This document shows positions 28,541-38,208 of a DNA stretch of 64,000 nucleotides, piece by piece. The stretch is from an uncultured bacterium (GTDB lineage Bacteria; Cyanobacteriota; Vampirovibrionia; Gastranaerophilales; Gastranaerophilaceae): assembly GCA_949290355.1 (NCBI GenBank), contig CASERN010000011.1, positions 669,865 to 733,864 of the forward strand, written 5' to 3'. Position 1 is the first letter of the stretch. Each line of letters begins with the position of its first letter. Both the position numbers and the translations under genes were made by a program. The notes under the pieces are model-generated. The model worked only from the letters and a program-made list of their open reading frames with translations. It made no database searches and was not told the DNA's origin.

Positions 28541-29766
28541 CTAACTTTTTCAATAATTTTCTCTAAAACAATTTTTACATGAGAATATGTTAGACCTCCT
28601 TGCATATAAGCGACATATGGCTCTCGCATAGGTCCGTCTGCTGATAATTCAATTGTAGAGCCTTCTATAAATGTTCCACCGGCCATTATTACTTGATCTT
28701 CATATCCTGGAATGTATTCAGGAATTGGAGTTACATAACCGTTTACAGGTGATAACGATTGGATTGTTCTACAGAATTCTTCTAATGGTTTTGGAGAATT
28801 AAATATTATATTTTGAATAATATCGGCTCTTTTTTCATTGTATTTTGGAGCACTATCATATCCAATTTCTTCAAATATTTTGGCTGCAAGAACAGCTCCT
28901 TTTACAGCATCGCATACAATTGATGGAGCCATAAAAAATCCTTGGAAAATAAGTCTGTGCTGATTAAACATAGCACCGCCTTCACTACCGATTCCGGGAG
29001 CTGTAAGACGATTGGCAGATTTTTCTACATATTTAGCTTTGCCTGCAATATATCCTCCGGCTTCCACAATTCCACCACCTGGGTTTTTTATCAATGATCC
29101 TGCAATTAAATCAGCTCCAACTTCAAGAGGTTCCTTTTTATCAACAAATTCTCCGTAGCAGTTATCTACAAAGCAAATACAATTAGGATTTTTCGATTTA
29201 ATTGTTTTACAAATTTTTTCAATATCTTCAATTGTTAAAGATTTTCTGGTTGAGTAGCCTTTTGAACGCTGAATTAATGCCATTTTAACGGTATTGTCAA
29301 TTGCTTTTTCAAGTTTATCAAAGTCTATCGTATTATTTTTTAGCGGAACTTCTTCATATTTTATGCCGTGCGCAATTAAAGAATCTTCTTTAGTAGAGTC
29401 GTCCCCTGCGGTTCCAATAACTTCAAGCATAGTGTCATAGGGTGTTCCCGCAACAGATATAAGTTTATCCCCCGGACGTAAATTTCCGAACAGGCAGCAG
29501 GCCAGAGTGTGTGTACCTGAGGCAAAATGGATTCTAACAAGAGCTTTTTCTGCCTTAAATACGTCAGCAAATACGTTATCTAAGACTTCTCTTCCTAAGT
29601 CATCATGCCCGTAGCCTGATACTGTATAAAAATGCTCAGGTGCTACTTTATTTTTTATAAAAGCATTCAATACTTTTTCTTGGTTAAAATCTCTAATATC
29701 TTCAATCTGCTCAAATTCTTTTGATAATTCTTTTTCTGCTTTTTTTATTAATTCTTTACTATTCAT
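28537..29766 (-). CDS. Aluminium-resistance / methionine gamma-lyase-like PLP protein (YnbB family)
   Basis: MNSKELIKKAEKELSKEFEQIE...FNQEKVLNAF...HFYTVSGYGHDDLGR follows the typical family N-terminus. I chose the ATG at 29766 rather than the 41-codon longer ORF. Confidence 0.65.
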   Translation of the reverse strand: MNSKELIKKAEKELSKEFEQIEDIRDFNQEKVLNAFIKNKVAPEHFYTVSGYGHDDLGREVLDNVFADVFKAEKALVRIHFASGTHTLACCLFGNLRPGDKLISVAGTPYDTMLEVIGTAGDDSTKEDSLIAHGIKYEEVPLKNNTIDFDKLEKAIDNTVKMALIQRSKGYSTRKSLTIEDIEKICKTIKSKNPNCICFVDNCYGEFVDKKEPLEVGADLIAGSLIKNPGGGIVEAGGYIAGKAKYVEKSANRLTAPGIGSEGGAMFNQHRLIFQGFFMAPSIVCDAVKGAVLAAKIFEEIGYDSAPKYNEKRADIIQNIIFNSPKPLEEFCRTIQSLSPVNGYVTPIPEYIPGYEDQVIMAGGTFIEGSTIELSADGPMREPYVAYMQGGLTYSHVKIVLEKIIEKVS

Positions 29767-29881
29767 GATATCTCCGCTAGTTTTTCTATTATTTTTATAA
29801 TATTGCAATAAATTATAATCGTCAAATTGGAATGTATTTGGGTAAGGTAATAAGATTTTAAATAAGATATATAATATTTTT

Positions 29882-30601
29882 ATGAACAAATTTTGTATTT
29901 TAATAATAATGTTTTTATTAATACTTCCTGTTTGTGCTGAAAATTATAGTATAAGCAGACCTGAAAATTTTACTTTATCTCAAAATGATGAAGATGAGCG
30001 AGTTTTATTTATTTTAGATTTTTCAAATAGTATGTCCGAATATTTAGAAGGAAGAAGGAAGGTTGATTTAATGATTGATACTATGAAGCAGATTCTTCCT
30101 AATTTGAATCCTAATATTTCCGTTGGGCTTAGAGTTTACGGGCATAAAATGGGGTTGACACCTTTTGAGGCTTGCAGAGCGTCTTCATTAATATCTCCTA
30201 TTTCTGTTGCGAATGGAATTAATATTAGAAACTCATTATTAGATATTAAACCTCGAGGTATGACTCCTATTACTTATTCTTTAAAACAAGCTGTAAAAAA
30301 TGATTTTTTAGGATTCAGCGGGAAAAAACATATTATTTTATTAACTGATGGCGGAGAAAACTGCGATGAAAGCCCTTGCAGTTATGTATTAGAGTTAATA
30401 AAAATCAGGAAAGACATAAAAATAGATGTTATAGCTTTTAACATTGATGACGAAGATGATTTGGATCAGTTGGAATGTACATCTTTAGTTACCAGTGGAA
30501 AATTTTATAACGCAAAAACTGCAGCAGAATTGGCAAGAAGTCTTAATAATAGTGTAAATAGTGTAAAAAAAGTTGAAGCAGAAATTATTCAAAATCCTTA
30601 A
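29882..30601 (+). CDS. Secreted von Willebrand factor A (VWA) domain protein
   Basis: It has a signal peptide. The MIDAS motif is LDFSNSM (DxSxS), and MTPIT and LLTDGGEN are also present. Confidence 0.7.
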   Translation: MNKFCILIIMFLLILPVCAENYSISRPENFTLSQNDEDERVLFILDFSNSMSEYLEGRRKVDLMIDTMKQILPNLNPNISVGLRVYGHKMGLTPFEACRASSLISPISVANGINIRNSLLDIKPRGMTPITYSLKQAVKNDFLGFSGKKHIILLTDGGENCDESPCSYVLELIKIRKDIKIDVIAFNIDDEDDLDQLECTSLVTSGKFYNAKTAAELARSLNNSVNSVKKVEAEIIQNP

Positions 30602-30641
30602 TTTTATTTATGTAAAAAGATTTGTATAATATAATTTTTTT

Positions 30642-31439
30642 ATGAATATTATTAAATTAAATTCAGCAAGGAACTGTTTTCGATATTTAATAAAATCTTT
30701 AAGAATAAAAGAGGTTTATATACCTTATTATATTTGTTCTTGTATTAGACATGTCGCTTTTGAAGAAGGTTGCAAGATTAATTATTATCATATAAATTTA
30801 GATTTTTCTCCTGCTTGTATATTTCCAAAAAATGCTTATATATTATATCCCAATTATTTTGGCATTTGTTCAAAAATTGTTGAAAACTTAGTTGAAATTT
30901 ATCCTAATTTGATTGTGGATAATTCTCATTCTTATTATTCAAAACATTCTGGAATTGCTTCTTTTAATTCTTTGAGGAAATTTTTCCCTCAAATCAGAGA
31001 TGGCGGATTCCTTTATACATTAAAGAAGTTTTCTTTAAATATTGATATTGATAATTATTCTTATACTCCGAAAATTTTAGATTATGCTGAAATTTGTAAA
31101 AATGAGTCAAGAATTGATAAGCTTGATATGAAATTTATGTCGGAGACTACTTCTAATTTGGTTGAAAAAATTGACTTTCGTGCAGAAAGCGCTCATAGAA
31201 AAATAGTCTTTAATAATTTGCGAAAAATTTATGATGGTACAAATTGTCTAAATATAAATATTAATGCTTGTGATATTCCTTTTTGTTATCCATATTTAGC
31301 TAAAAGTGAAGAAGATGCTGATAAGTTGGTAAATGAATTAAAAAGCAAAAATATTATTATTTATAGATATTGGGATAATTTACCAAGTAGCTATGTTGAA
31401 AATAAATTTTATAAATGTTTAGTTGCGATTCCTATATAG
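30642..31439 (+). CDS. DegT/DnrJ/EryC1-like aminotransferase-related protein (short form)
   Basis: Weak pattern match: VYIPYYICSCIRHV, DNSHSYY, and SFNSLRKFFPQIRDGGFLY resembling SFxxxKxxxxGEGG. Confidence 0.35.
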   Translation: MNIIKLNSARNCFRYLIKSLRIKEVYIPYYICSCIRHVAFEEGCKINYYHINLDFSPACIFPKNAYILYPNYFGICSKIVENLVEIYPNLIVDNSHSYYSKHSGIASFNSLRKFFPQIRDGGFLYTLKKFSLNIDIDNYSYTPKILDYAEICKNESRIDKLDMKFMSETTSNLVEKIDFRAESAHRKIVFNNLRKIYDGTNCLNININACDIPFCYPYLAKSEEDADKLVNELKSKNIIIYRYWDNLPSSYVENKFYKCLVAIPI

Positions 31440-31466
31440 ATTATTTTATTAATATACAGTTGATGT

Positions 31467-33236
31467 TTATTTACAGCCTATATCTTCTTTATCTGTTTTA
31501 CCATCAAAATTATTGTCAATCCCATCAGAACAGGAACCTATAGAGTAATGTCCTTCAGCTCTGAGACCATGTTTTAGGTATCTGTCAGGAATTTTTGACC
31601 ATAAATATTCGAAAAATCCTCTGTAGTAACTTGCTAGTTTAGAATCCTCAATGATTAAGACGTTTTCATCATTTTTATCTTCTCCGCTTTTTGAAAAATT
31701 CATAGAGCCTGTAATAATATATTTATCATCTACAATTATACTTTTAGAATGCATTTTGCCTGCGTAATTTTCTATTTTTGTCGGAATTCCTGCTTGTCTA
31801 AAACTCTTTATTTTGCTTCTTGATGCGTTTGTATTTGTTGCATCTATAATTATTTTTACATCAACTCCACGCTTTTTAGCATTTATTAAAGCATTTGAAA
31901 ATTCATCATGAGTAATTATAAATGCAGGGATATAAATATACTTTTTTGCATTATTTATAATAGGGATTATTGTATTTGTAATAATTTTGTCTTTAGGAGA
32001 AAACAAGGGAGTAATTTTTGTAGAATTTAGCTTAACTGTTTTGTGTTTTACAATATCTTTGTCTTGATGAAATTTCCCAGAGAGCATCTGATTAAATTCT
32101 TCTTGGTATATTTGAGCTATTTCTAATGAATTTATAAATACAATACAGTTTGAGTTAAAACCGGAAAATCCTGTTTTTGAAAAATTCATAGAGCCTGTAA
32201 TAATTTTATTTTTATCAAAGATGAAAAATTTATTATGCATTAAAATTTGTGGAGTTTCAGTTTTTGATATATGTGAAATTTTTATAATGAATTCTGTATC
32301 AGGATAATATTGATTTTTACTTGTATCGTAAACGGATCTTATTTTTACACCTCTTGATTTTGCTCTAATTAATGCATTATTTATTTCCGGAATATTTCCC
32401 CAGCCATATAGAGCTATATCAATACTGCTTTTACTGTTATCAATTTGGTTCAGGATTTCTTTACAAGCAAGTGAAATACATTTATTTTCAGGTTTAAGTT
32501 GCCGAGTTAAGTCTGTGAGGTAAAGTTTAATATTACCATTTGATATTGCTAGAGGATATGTCTTATCAAAAGTTATCTTTGTTGTGTATATATTTTTTTT
32601 TGATCTTTCAATATGGCAGAATTTGCATGGTCTAGCATCTGATGATAGCTGTTTAAAGGGTATAATGACAGAATCTTTTGCAATTAATCCATATTTGCAA
32701 TTTAAAGTATGATATTTGTTACTTTTATGGTTTAAAATTACCAAATGCAGTTTTTTTGCTTGTTCTAAATTTTTTATAAAAGCTTTATTATTTGTAGGTT
32801 TGCCGTTGACAAATCCGTATCCTGTTCTCAAAAGCTTTTCTCTGTATGATTCATTATCAACTTTTAAATCCCCGAATAGGCAGTTTTGATTTTGTTTTTT
32901 AGAGAGTATTATTTTTACTTTCTTGTTATCAAGCAAGTTTTCTATAAAATTATCTGTTATGTAGCCATATTTTATTGCATTTTCATTTGATATATTAAGT
33001 TGCTTTGCTAGACTTTCTATATTTTCTCGATTAATTGCACTTAGTGTTTGGATATTTTCTATGCATATTGTCTCATTATTATCAATAATCTTATTATTGT
33101 TTAAGTCGACTTGTATAATGTTTGGTGAAATAATTTTTAAGATAGTTTTTTCATTGGTTCTATAAAATTCGCAGAATACGAAAATTATAAATATTCCAAA
33201 AATTAGAAAAATAGAAAAAAGTTTATTTATTTGCAT
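31467..33236 (-). CDS. Membrane-anchored phospholipase D superfamily protein with N-terminal SNase-like region, Cys/His knuckle and C-terminal Cys/Asp-rich motif
   Basis: Two HKD motifs: MHNKFFIFDKNKIITGSMNFS and MHSKSIIVDDKYIITGSMNFS. The N-terminus is a TM helix. LLRTGYGFVNG is thermonuclease-like. YHTLNCKYG...PCKFCH is also present, and the C-terminus reads GSCSDGIDNNFDGKTDKEDIGC. Confidence 0.8.
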   Translation of the reverse strand: MQINKLFSIFLIFGIFIIFVFCEFYRTNEKTILKIISPNIIQVDLNNNKIIDNNETICIENIQTLSAINRENIESLAKQLNISNENAIKYGYITDNFIENLLDNKKVKIILSKKQNQNCLFGDLKVDNESYREKLLRTGYGFVNGKPTNNKAFIKNLEQAKKLHLVILNHKSNKYHTLNCKYGLIAKDSVIIPFKQLSSDARPCKFCHIERSKKNIYTTKITFDKTYPLAISNGNIKLYLTDLTRQLKPENKCISLACKEILNQIDNSKSSIDIALYGWGNIPEINNALIRAKSRGVKIRSVYDTSKNQYYPDTEFIIKISHISKTETPQILMHNKFFIFDKNKIITGSMNFSKTGFSGFNSNCIVFINSLEIAQIYQEEFNQMLSGKFHQDKDIVKHKTVKLNSTKITPLFSPKDKIITNTIIPIINNAKKYIYIPAFIITHDEFSNALINAKKRGVDVKIIIDATNTNASRSKIKSFRQAGIPTKIENYAGKMHSKSIIVDDKYIITGSMNFSKSGEDKNDENVLIIEDSKLASYYRGFFEYLWSKIPDRYLKHGLRAEGHYSIGSCSDGIDNNFDGKTDKEDIGCK

Positions 33237-34077
33237 ATTCTTTTTTATAATTTGTTATTTCAAATCCAAGTCTATCAATTTTATCTTTTAAAGATTTGTT
33301 TTGTGTAATTAAAAATTCGTTGTAATGCTGATTATTATTTGAAACAGCATAGTAACAAGGATGAATCAGAGCTTCTGCTATACAATTATCAGCTTCAATA
33401 GCATTTAATCCGTATTCTATTGCATCAGCATCCATCATGCCTGTGTATCCTACACCTATAAGAAAGTCATTTGTCTTTAGCCCATATTCTTTGGCAACTT
33501 GTTTATTTTGTTTTGTAAAACTGTTTAATAGGATTATCTTTAAGATATTTGGGGGATATTTTAAATTGAAATGTTTTTTTAAGCTTGGAATAAAATACAT
33601 TTCTTCATATTGAGTTCTAATATATGGGATATTATATTCTTTAGCTAATCTTGCAGTTAGCTTGAAGATATTTGGTATTGCATGTGTATGAACATGAGAA
33701 TCAATATGGTCAACCTTTGTATAATTCATTACAGTCTCAATCTGAGTTCTAAATTCGTGTTCTACTTGGTTTAAAAATTCTGAATCGTGAGAATTTAGCC
33801 ATATTGATAAAAATCCTTTATTAAATTTTCCTTTTTTATTAGTAAGTAATGGAGATTTTGTAAGAGAACGTCCTTCAATTATGTTTAGATGAACTCCTAT
33901 TCCTAAATTTGGGCACTCCGGAATAATTTCATTTACTGCAGCGTTAAAAGCTTTTCCGTTCGCACATAGACTCGCACTTGAAAGAAAACCGTTGTGATAT
34001 CCGTTTAAAACCGCTCTGTTGAATGGCTTTGACATTCCAAAATCGTCAGCATTTAATACAAATTTCTTGTTAACCAT
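33223..34077 (-). CDS. YdjC/ChbG/HpnK/NaxD-family carbohydrate deacetylase
   Basis: N-terminal VLNADDFGMSKPFNRAVLNGYHNGFLSSASL and the DSHVHTH motif. Confidence 0.8.
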   Translation of the reverse strand: MVNKKFVLNADDFGMSKPFNRAVLNGYHNGFLSSASLCANGKAFNAAVNEIIPECPNLGIGVHLNIIEGRSLTKSPLLTNKKGKFNKGFLSIWLNSHDSEFLNQVEHEFRTQIETVMNYTKVDHIDSHVHTHAIPNIFKLTARLAKEYNIPYIRTQYEEMYFIPSLKKHFNLKYPPNILKIILLNSFTKQNKQVAKEYGLKTNDFLIGVGYTGMMDADAIEYGLNAIEADNCIAEALIHPCYYAVSNNNQHYNEFLITQNKSLKDKIDRLGFEITNYKKEYANK

Positions 34078-34155
34078 ATTTTATAAATCCTTGATTTAAT
34101 AATATGTATATTATAATATAAAATTGCATATTTTGGCAAATATGAAAGAGAGATT

Positions 34156-35109
34156 ATGAATATACCAACTTTAGCAGTCGTTATTCCATGTTTTAATGAG
34201 GAACTTTGTATAAAATCAACTATTGAAAAACTTGATGTTTTATTTGATAAACTTATAAATAGCGGAAAAATAAAATCAGATAGTTATTTTTATCTTGTAG
34301 ATGATGGGTCAAGTGATTCTACTTGGGATATTATTGAAGAGTTGCATAATATAAATTCCCGCGTAAAAGCTGTCAAGTTTATTAGAAATTTTGGGAACCA
34401 AAAAGCTATTTTAGCAGGTCTTGAGGGTGTTCGTGATATTGGCTGCGATTGTGCAGTATCTATTGATGCTGATTTACAACAGGATGAAAATGCTATTGAG
34501 AATTTTATTGATGAATATATGAATGGAGCAGATATTGTATCAGGTATAAGAAATGATCGTAAAACTGATTCTTTTTTTAAGAAAACAACTGCTTTGCTCT
34601 TTTATAAAACAATGAATATCTTAGGGGCTAAGATTCCTCCGAATCACTCTGATTACCGTTTAGTCAGTAAAAGGGCTCTTGATATTATGGAGCTTTATCA
34701 CGAAAAATATTTATTTTTACGAGGCTTTTTTAATGAGGTAGGTTTAAAAACTTCTTATGTTCATTTTGATGTTAAGCCTCGATTGGCAGGTGAATCTAAA
34801 TTTAATTTTATGAGTTTAATGACTCTTGCATTAAATGGGATTACTTCTTATAGTGTAGTCCCTTTAAGATTTGTAGCTGTTTTAGGATTTTTTATGGCTC
34901 TATTTGGTTTTCTTGTAGGTGTTGAGACTGTTATTGAAAAAATATTCTGGCATAATTCTCCAAATGGTTGGGCTACTACAATTATATTACTTTGTATATT
35001 TGGTGGCATACAACTTTTTTGCTTAGGTCTAATAGGTGAATATGTCGGACAAGTATTTAGAGAAGTTAAAGCTCGTCCGCGCTATATTAAAGATAAAGAA
35101 CTTTTATAA
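34156..35109 (+). CDS. Family 2 glycosyltransferase, polyprenyl-phosphate sugar transferase type (ArnC/GtrB/DPM1-like)
   Basis: VVIPCFNEE, VDDGSSDST and SIDADLQ (DxD) are present, followed by two C-terminal TM helices. Confidence 0.85.
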   Translation: MNIPTLAVVIPCFNEELCIKSTIEKLDVLFDKLINSGKIKSDSYFYLVDDGSSDSTWDIIEELHNINSRVKAVKFIRNFGNQKAILAGLEGVRDIGCDCAVSIDADLQQDENAIENFIDEYMNGADIVSGIRNDRKTDSFFKKTTALLFYKTMNILGAKIPPNHSDYRLVSKRALDIMELYHEKYLFLRGFFNEVGLKTSYVHFDVKPRLAGESKFNFMSLMTLALNGITSYSVVPLRFVAVLGFFMALFGFLVGVETVIEKIFWHNSPNGWATTIILLCIFGGIQLFCLGLIGEYVGQVFREVKARPRYIKDKELL

Positions 35110-35110
35110 C

Positions 35111-35145
35111 AAAAAAAAGAGTGATTGATAATCACCCTTTTTTAA
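35111..35145. terminator. Bidirectional terminator between convergent genes
   Basis: An A8 run, then stem AAGAGTGAT/ATCACCCTT with one mismatch, then a T6 run. Confidence 0.6.
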
Positions 35146-35161
35146 TATTTATTATTTTATT

Positions 35162-37426
35162 TTAAAATCTGTATTCAGGAATTACAAACGGTTCGTTATT
35201 TGCATCTTTATTAACAAATTCTAAGTAATATTTCATTGCTTCTTCTTTGGTTGAGTTATAGAAATTTTCAGGAATATATTTTTTATGAAAATCATTTAAA
35301 TCACCTGAATAATTTCCTAGTATGTTTGCATAAGCTTCTATAACAGCTTTATCCAAACCGCCTCCATATGCTTTTGTTTTAGCATCAGTACCGGAAGGTC
35401 TAATTTCAATATATTTGTCTGTAAATTCAAGATAAGTTCCGTCTCCAACAAATTTGATGGATGATAGGCTGTCAAAATTTAAACTTTTGAATGTGTTGTT
35501 TAGTACCTCTTTCACATTTTCAATGTTCATAATTCCTTTTTTTACACCCATAGCCATTGAAAGAAAGAATAAATCATTTTTGGTCCTTTTAGCTTCTCCA
35601 GCGATTTTGGCCTCTTTCAATTTGTTAATATCAGGTTCTGATTCATTGTAATAAGCAATGTCTACACGAGTATCAAAGCGACCTATAATATTATTATCAT
35701 TAAATATTTTTACAAGATATTCAGATAATGACATTTGTCGTTTTTGTAGTTTTGCAATCAATGCTGAGGCTACAATAATAGCTTCAGTTGCACTTTTTTC
35801 TCTCATTGCAATCGCAAATCTGCCATTGTTTGATTTGATAAGGTCTTCTGTACCCATTATCATTCCGCCGGATTCTTCTCCCCCAAATAGTAATCTTGGA
35901 TTTATTCCTAAATTTATTTGATTTCCAAATACATCATCAATAATTACTTCTTTGTCAGGTGCATTTTTAAGTTTAAGTTCTACTTTTTTCATAATGTTGG
36001 CAATTTCTTTAAATCCAACTGGGACATTGACAACTTTTACTTCTTGTTTTTTAGCCCATTCATCCCAAGATATGGCTGATGCTGTTGTTTTTATCATAAA
36101 TCTTGGATGTTTATCCCAAAGTCCTTGTGATTTAAGTTGTTTTGCCCAAAAATCCATAAGCATTAAAAATGCTTGGTTTGCTGTGAAAATTGTTAAAATC
36201 AAATCTTCATTTAATTTAATAAAATCAATACCTGCTTTTTCTAATTCTGGTATTGTGCAAGCATACTCTGTTTGCGCAATAGTTAGTCTGTCGTGATCAG
36301 GGTCTGTTATTAAAACAGTTGTACCTACAGGCATGTCTGTTAATTTTTTATCATAATGAAGAGTCTCAATTACAGGGAAGAATTTTTCTCCGTTTTGTCT
36401 TTTTGCAACAACTGTTGCATCTACTGAGTAGTCATAAAAAGCTTTTTCCCCTTTGGGAGTGTGGTCATATTTTCCGATTGAGTGGAAAAAAGGATCTTCT
36501 TCTGTATTAAACCAAGTAAATTTATCAGAAATACCAAGTTTATTTAAAACTCTACTTAATGTTCTGTATGCTGATCCACCAACATTTTCGATTACAATTT
36601 TATCTCTTATTCCTTTTATCAAATCTAGATTTATTTTTTGAGCTACTCCTGATTTAAGGTATTCAACATATAAATCTACCCCATCATCAATATCACTCAA
36701 AACTTTTTCATCGATAAGAGGATTATCTTTGGCTGCAATTTTAATTTCATATGAACCATTTTTATTTGTTTGTTCAAAAATTTCTCTGATTTTATCTACA
36801 AATTCCATAGATTCTTCAGGTAAATATTGGCTGCCTTGAGAGTTTAAATCTTTGGTTGCATTTTTTACAGAAATACCATGACTTGATGTAATGTATTCTC
36901 CTCCAAGCAAGTCTAGTTTAAATGCTAAAAAAGATGCAAGCCATATAGGAATGGTTTTTCTCTCTTTAGGTACTAAAGTTCTAATCCCATTTGCCGCTTG
37001 AATTCTTGCAATTGCATCCAAAAATAAATCAGAGTTGTATCTTACTTCTCTTCCGGCTACTTTAATAATTTTTTTGCCAGTATATTTTTCTTTTGCAACA
37101 AGTGCCTTAGCTAAAGTTGCAAGAACAATTCCGACAAGGTTTATAGGAAATCTTGTATCTTGTGGATATAAGATATTTTGTGGTCCTCTTATGCCTGCAG
37201 TTGAAACTTTTGCTTCTTTTTCATAGTTAGCAAACCATTCTTCAAGATTTAATCCTTCAGGATTTTTATTTTTATCGTATGGTTTTAGATGCTCTTTTTT
37301 TAGTACAAATGTAAATTCTCCATCATTGGAAAAATCCATAAGATTTAATTCTTTAATATAATCTGGAGTCTTATCGTAAATACTTTTAAACAATTCATTT
37401 TCTAGTTCTATATTTGATTTTTTCAT
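35162..37426 (-). CDS. Alpha-D-phosphohexomutase superfamily protein, unusually long and divergent
   Basis: STAGIRG is present. The catalytic loop is ITSSHGIS (canonical TASHNP). The metal loop is ITDPDHDR (canonical DGDGDR). The sugar loop is GGEESGG and the phosphate loop is IRPSGTDAKTKAY. It is 754 aa, against about 450-580 typically. Confidence 0.75.
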   Translation of the reverse strand: MKKSNIELENELFKSIYDKTPDYIKELNLMDFSNDGEFTFVLKKEHLKPYDKNKNPEGLNLEEWFANYEKEAKVSTAGIRGPQNILYPQDTRFPINLVGIVLATLAKALVAKEKYTGKKIIKVAGREVRYNSDLFLDAIARIQAANGIRTLVPKERKTIPIWLASFLAFKLDLLGGEYITSSHGISVKNATKDLNSQGSQYLPEESMEFVDKIREIFEQTNKNGSYEIKIAAKDNPLIDEKVLSDIDDGVDLYVEYLKSGVAQKINLDLIKGIRDKIVIENVGGSAYRTLSRVLNKLGISDKFTWFNTEEDPFFHSIGKYDHTPKGEKAFYDYSVDATVVAKRQNGEKFFPVIETLHYDKKLTDMPVGTTVLITDPDHDRLTIAQTEYACTIPELEKAGIDFIKLNEDLILTIFTANQAFLMLMDFWAKQLKSQGLWDKHPRFMIKTTASAISWDEWAKKQEVKVVNVPVGFKEIANIMKKVELKLKNAPDKEVIIDDVFGNQINLGINPRLLFGGEESGGMIMGTEDLIKSNNGRFAIAMREKSATEAIIVASALIAKLQKRQMSLSEYLVKIFNDNNIIGRFDTRVDIAYYNESEPDINKLKEAKIAGEAKRTKNDLFFLSMAMGVKKGIMNIENVKEVLNNTFKSLNFDSLSSIKFVGDGTYLEFTDKYIEIRPSGTDAKTKAYGGGLDKAVIEAYANILGNYSGDLNDFHKKYIPENFYNSTKEEAMKYYLEFVNKDANNEPFVIPEYRF

Positions 37427-37526
37427 TTTTCTCTCCTTAAATCACAGTTATAATATATATGAAAAACTTGTAATATGCAATGTTTGTATGTATAATCTTA
37501 TTATACATTCAGTTAAGGAGAAAATT

Positions 37527-38198
37527 ATGTTCTGGGACAAAGACAAGAACTATTCAAAAAGAAAAGCCTCAGAGTTTAACGCTTGGAGAACATTTCTTCA
37601 AATTTTGGTGTGTAAGTATTTTTACGGTATAAGATTAAAATTTGTATATCGAATAGAAGTCCATGGGCTTGAAAATGTCCCAAAAGACAATGCATATATT
37701 GTTTGTCCAAATCATTTATCTACATTGGATCCCCCAATGTTAGCAGCAGTTTTTCCTAGAAGAATATCTTTTATGGCTAAAAAAGAGCTTTTTGATATTC
37801 CTTTTATAAGATGGTGGCTAGATTGGCTCGGAGCATTCGCTGTAAATAGGGAAAGTTTGGGACCTTCGACAATTAAAACTGTTATGGAAATAAAAAAAAG
37901 CTCATGGGTCTTTGGTATTTTCCCTCAAGGTACACGCGGGGAATATGGTACTATTACTTCTGTTACTAAAGGCTTTGCTGGGCTTGCAAAAATTACTAAA
38001 TGTGCAGTATTACCTGTTGGTGTTATAGGTACACAAGAAGTTAAAAAGTGGCCTTTTTCTGGAAAAATTATTGTAAGAATAGGTAAACCTATTCCATATA
38101 GTGATAATACAGATGAGGTTGTAGAAAAGTGGATTGACGCAATTCAAGAATTAACAGGGTTTAAGTATATTCCACAAAGTGAAGAAGAAAAGATTTAG
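37527..38198 (+). CDS. plsC: 1-acyl-sn-glycerol-3-phosphate acyltransferase family protein
   Basis: HX4D motif NHLSTLDPP, with FPQGTRG also present. The ATG at 37527 follows SD AAGGAG. Confidence 0.75.
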   Translation: MFWDKDKNYSKRKASEFNAWRTFLQILVCKYFYGIRLKFVYRIEVHGLENVPKDNAYIVCPNHLSTLDPPMLAAVFPRRISFMAKKELFDIPFIRWWLDWLGAFAVNRESLGPSTIKTVMEIKKSSWVFGIFPQGTRGEYGTITSVTKGFAGLAKITKCAVLPVGVIGTQEVKKWPFSGKIIVRIGKPIPYSDNTDEVVEKWIDAIQELTGFKYIPQSEEEKI

Positions 38199-38208
38199 GA
38201 GTTTAAGA

